Source: Sphingomonas sp. (GTDB lineage: Bacteria; Pseudomonadota; Alphaproteobacteria; Sphingomonadales; Sphingomonadaceae). Taken from it: 64,000 nucleotides of DNA. The notes under the pieces are model-generated. The model made no database searches. It was not told where the DNA came from and saw only the letters and a list, made by a program, of their open reading frames with translations. A program made the translations under genes and the position numbers. The stretch covers positions 643,893 to 707,892 of the forward strand of contig CBDCMM010000002.1 in the NCBI GenBank assembly GCA_965219075.1, in the 5' to 3' direction. The stretch's first letter is position 1, and each line of letters begins with the position of its first letter. This document shows positions 63,393-64,000 of the stretch, one piece after another.

Positions 63393-64000
63393 CCGAGGAT
63401 GACGCGCGGAGTTGGGTGAAGCAGCATTTCGGCGACCCGAAGTACCGGCAGGTCGAGCGGTTCGTCGAAATGCTGATCGAGGCAAGCCGGGACCAGAATC
63501 TGGTTGCTCCGTCATCGCTCGATACCGTCTGGAGCCGTCATGTCGTCGATTCCGCCCAACTCGTCGGACTTGCCGGGCTAGGGGAGGGGGTTTGGCTGGA
63601 CATCGGCACAGGCGGCGGATTCCCCGGAATTGTCGTCGCTATCCTCGCCAACTTCAATATGGTCTTGACCGAGCCACGGAGGAAAAGAGCGTCTTTTCTC
63701 GAATCCTGTGTCTCGGATCTGGGAATGAACACACGCTGCCAAGTGGTTGCTAGCAAGGTCGAGACAGTGCAAATTCCCGCAGCCATTATTTCGGCTCGTG
63801 CGGTCGCTTCGATCGAAAAACTTTTGCAAAACGCTATCCATTGCGCGACGATTACGACACGGTGGTTGCTGCCGCGGGGTCAAATCAGGGGATCAGAAAT
63901 GGCTGCGGTCGGACGGAACTGGAGGGGAGTGTTTCACGTGGAACAAAGCATTACCGCGGGGAACTCATCGATTTTGACCGCCACCGGGGTTTCGCTAAGG
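63389..64000 (+). CDS. rsmG: 16S rRNA m7G527 methyltransferase RsmG (GidB), 3' truncated by window edge
   Basis: GTG start overlapping the mnmG stop; [35 protein letters not shown]. Confidence 0.92.
   Translation, partial: MTEDDARSWVKQHFGDPKYRQVERFVEMLIEASRDQNLVAPSSLDTVWSRHVVDSAQLVGLAGLGEGVWLDIGTGGGFPGIVVAILANFNMVLTEPRRKRASFLESCVSDLGMNTRCQVVASKVETVQIPAAIISARAVASIEKLLQNAIHCATITTRWLLPRGQIRGSEMAAVGRNWRGVFHVEQSITAGNSSILTATGVSLR
63930..63945. other. parS centromere site inside rsmG
   Basis: TGTTTCACGTGGAACA, the reverse complement of the 61540 site; encodes V-F-H-V-E-Q. Confidence 0.9.

Overview
GC-rich alphaproteobacterial chromosome segment; gene content and order point to Sphingomonas or a close sphingomonad (inference). 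It has three parts. (1) Core genes at 1-6.2 kb: Cdc48-like ATPase, MFS transporter, pmtA, a PLD/cardiolipin-synthase-family gene, rpoZ and a membrane-anchored unknown gene. (2) A ~28 kb surface-polysaccharide island (6.2-34.1 kb) bracketed by a ~230 bp, ~97% identical direct repeat that copies the promoter and 5' end of the unknown gene. Its left edge has a res-like AT-rich site and a decayed RelE/ParE toxin-antitoxin pair; its right edge has a plasmid-type ribbon-helix-helix fragment fused to the repeat. The cargo is Wzx/Wzy-like genes, a PglF/E/D/C-like bacillosamine set, WecB/WecC with an amidotransferase, oxidoreductase and heparinase-like gene, Gmd/Rmd, and an apparently decaying rmlCBDA cassette. 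(3) Core genes from phaC through alaS, dnaQ, hemE, rho, mnmE, mnmG and rsmG, including the probable replication origin (~55.93-56.23 kb), two parS sites inside coding sequence and a LexA box before mmcB. No tRNA, rRNA, CRISPR array, integrase or transposase was recognised. All family calls are motif recognition by eye, not database searches. The single-base frameshifts could be sequencing errors.
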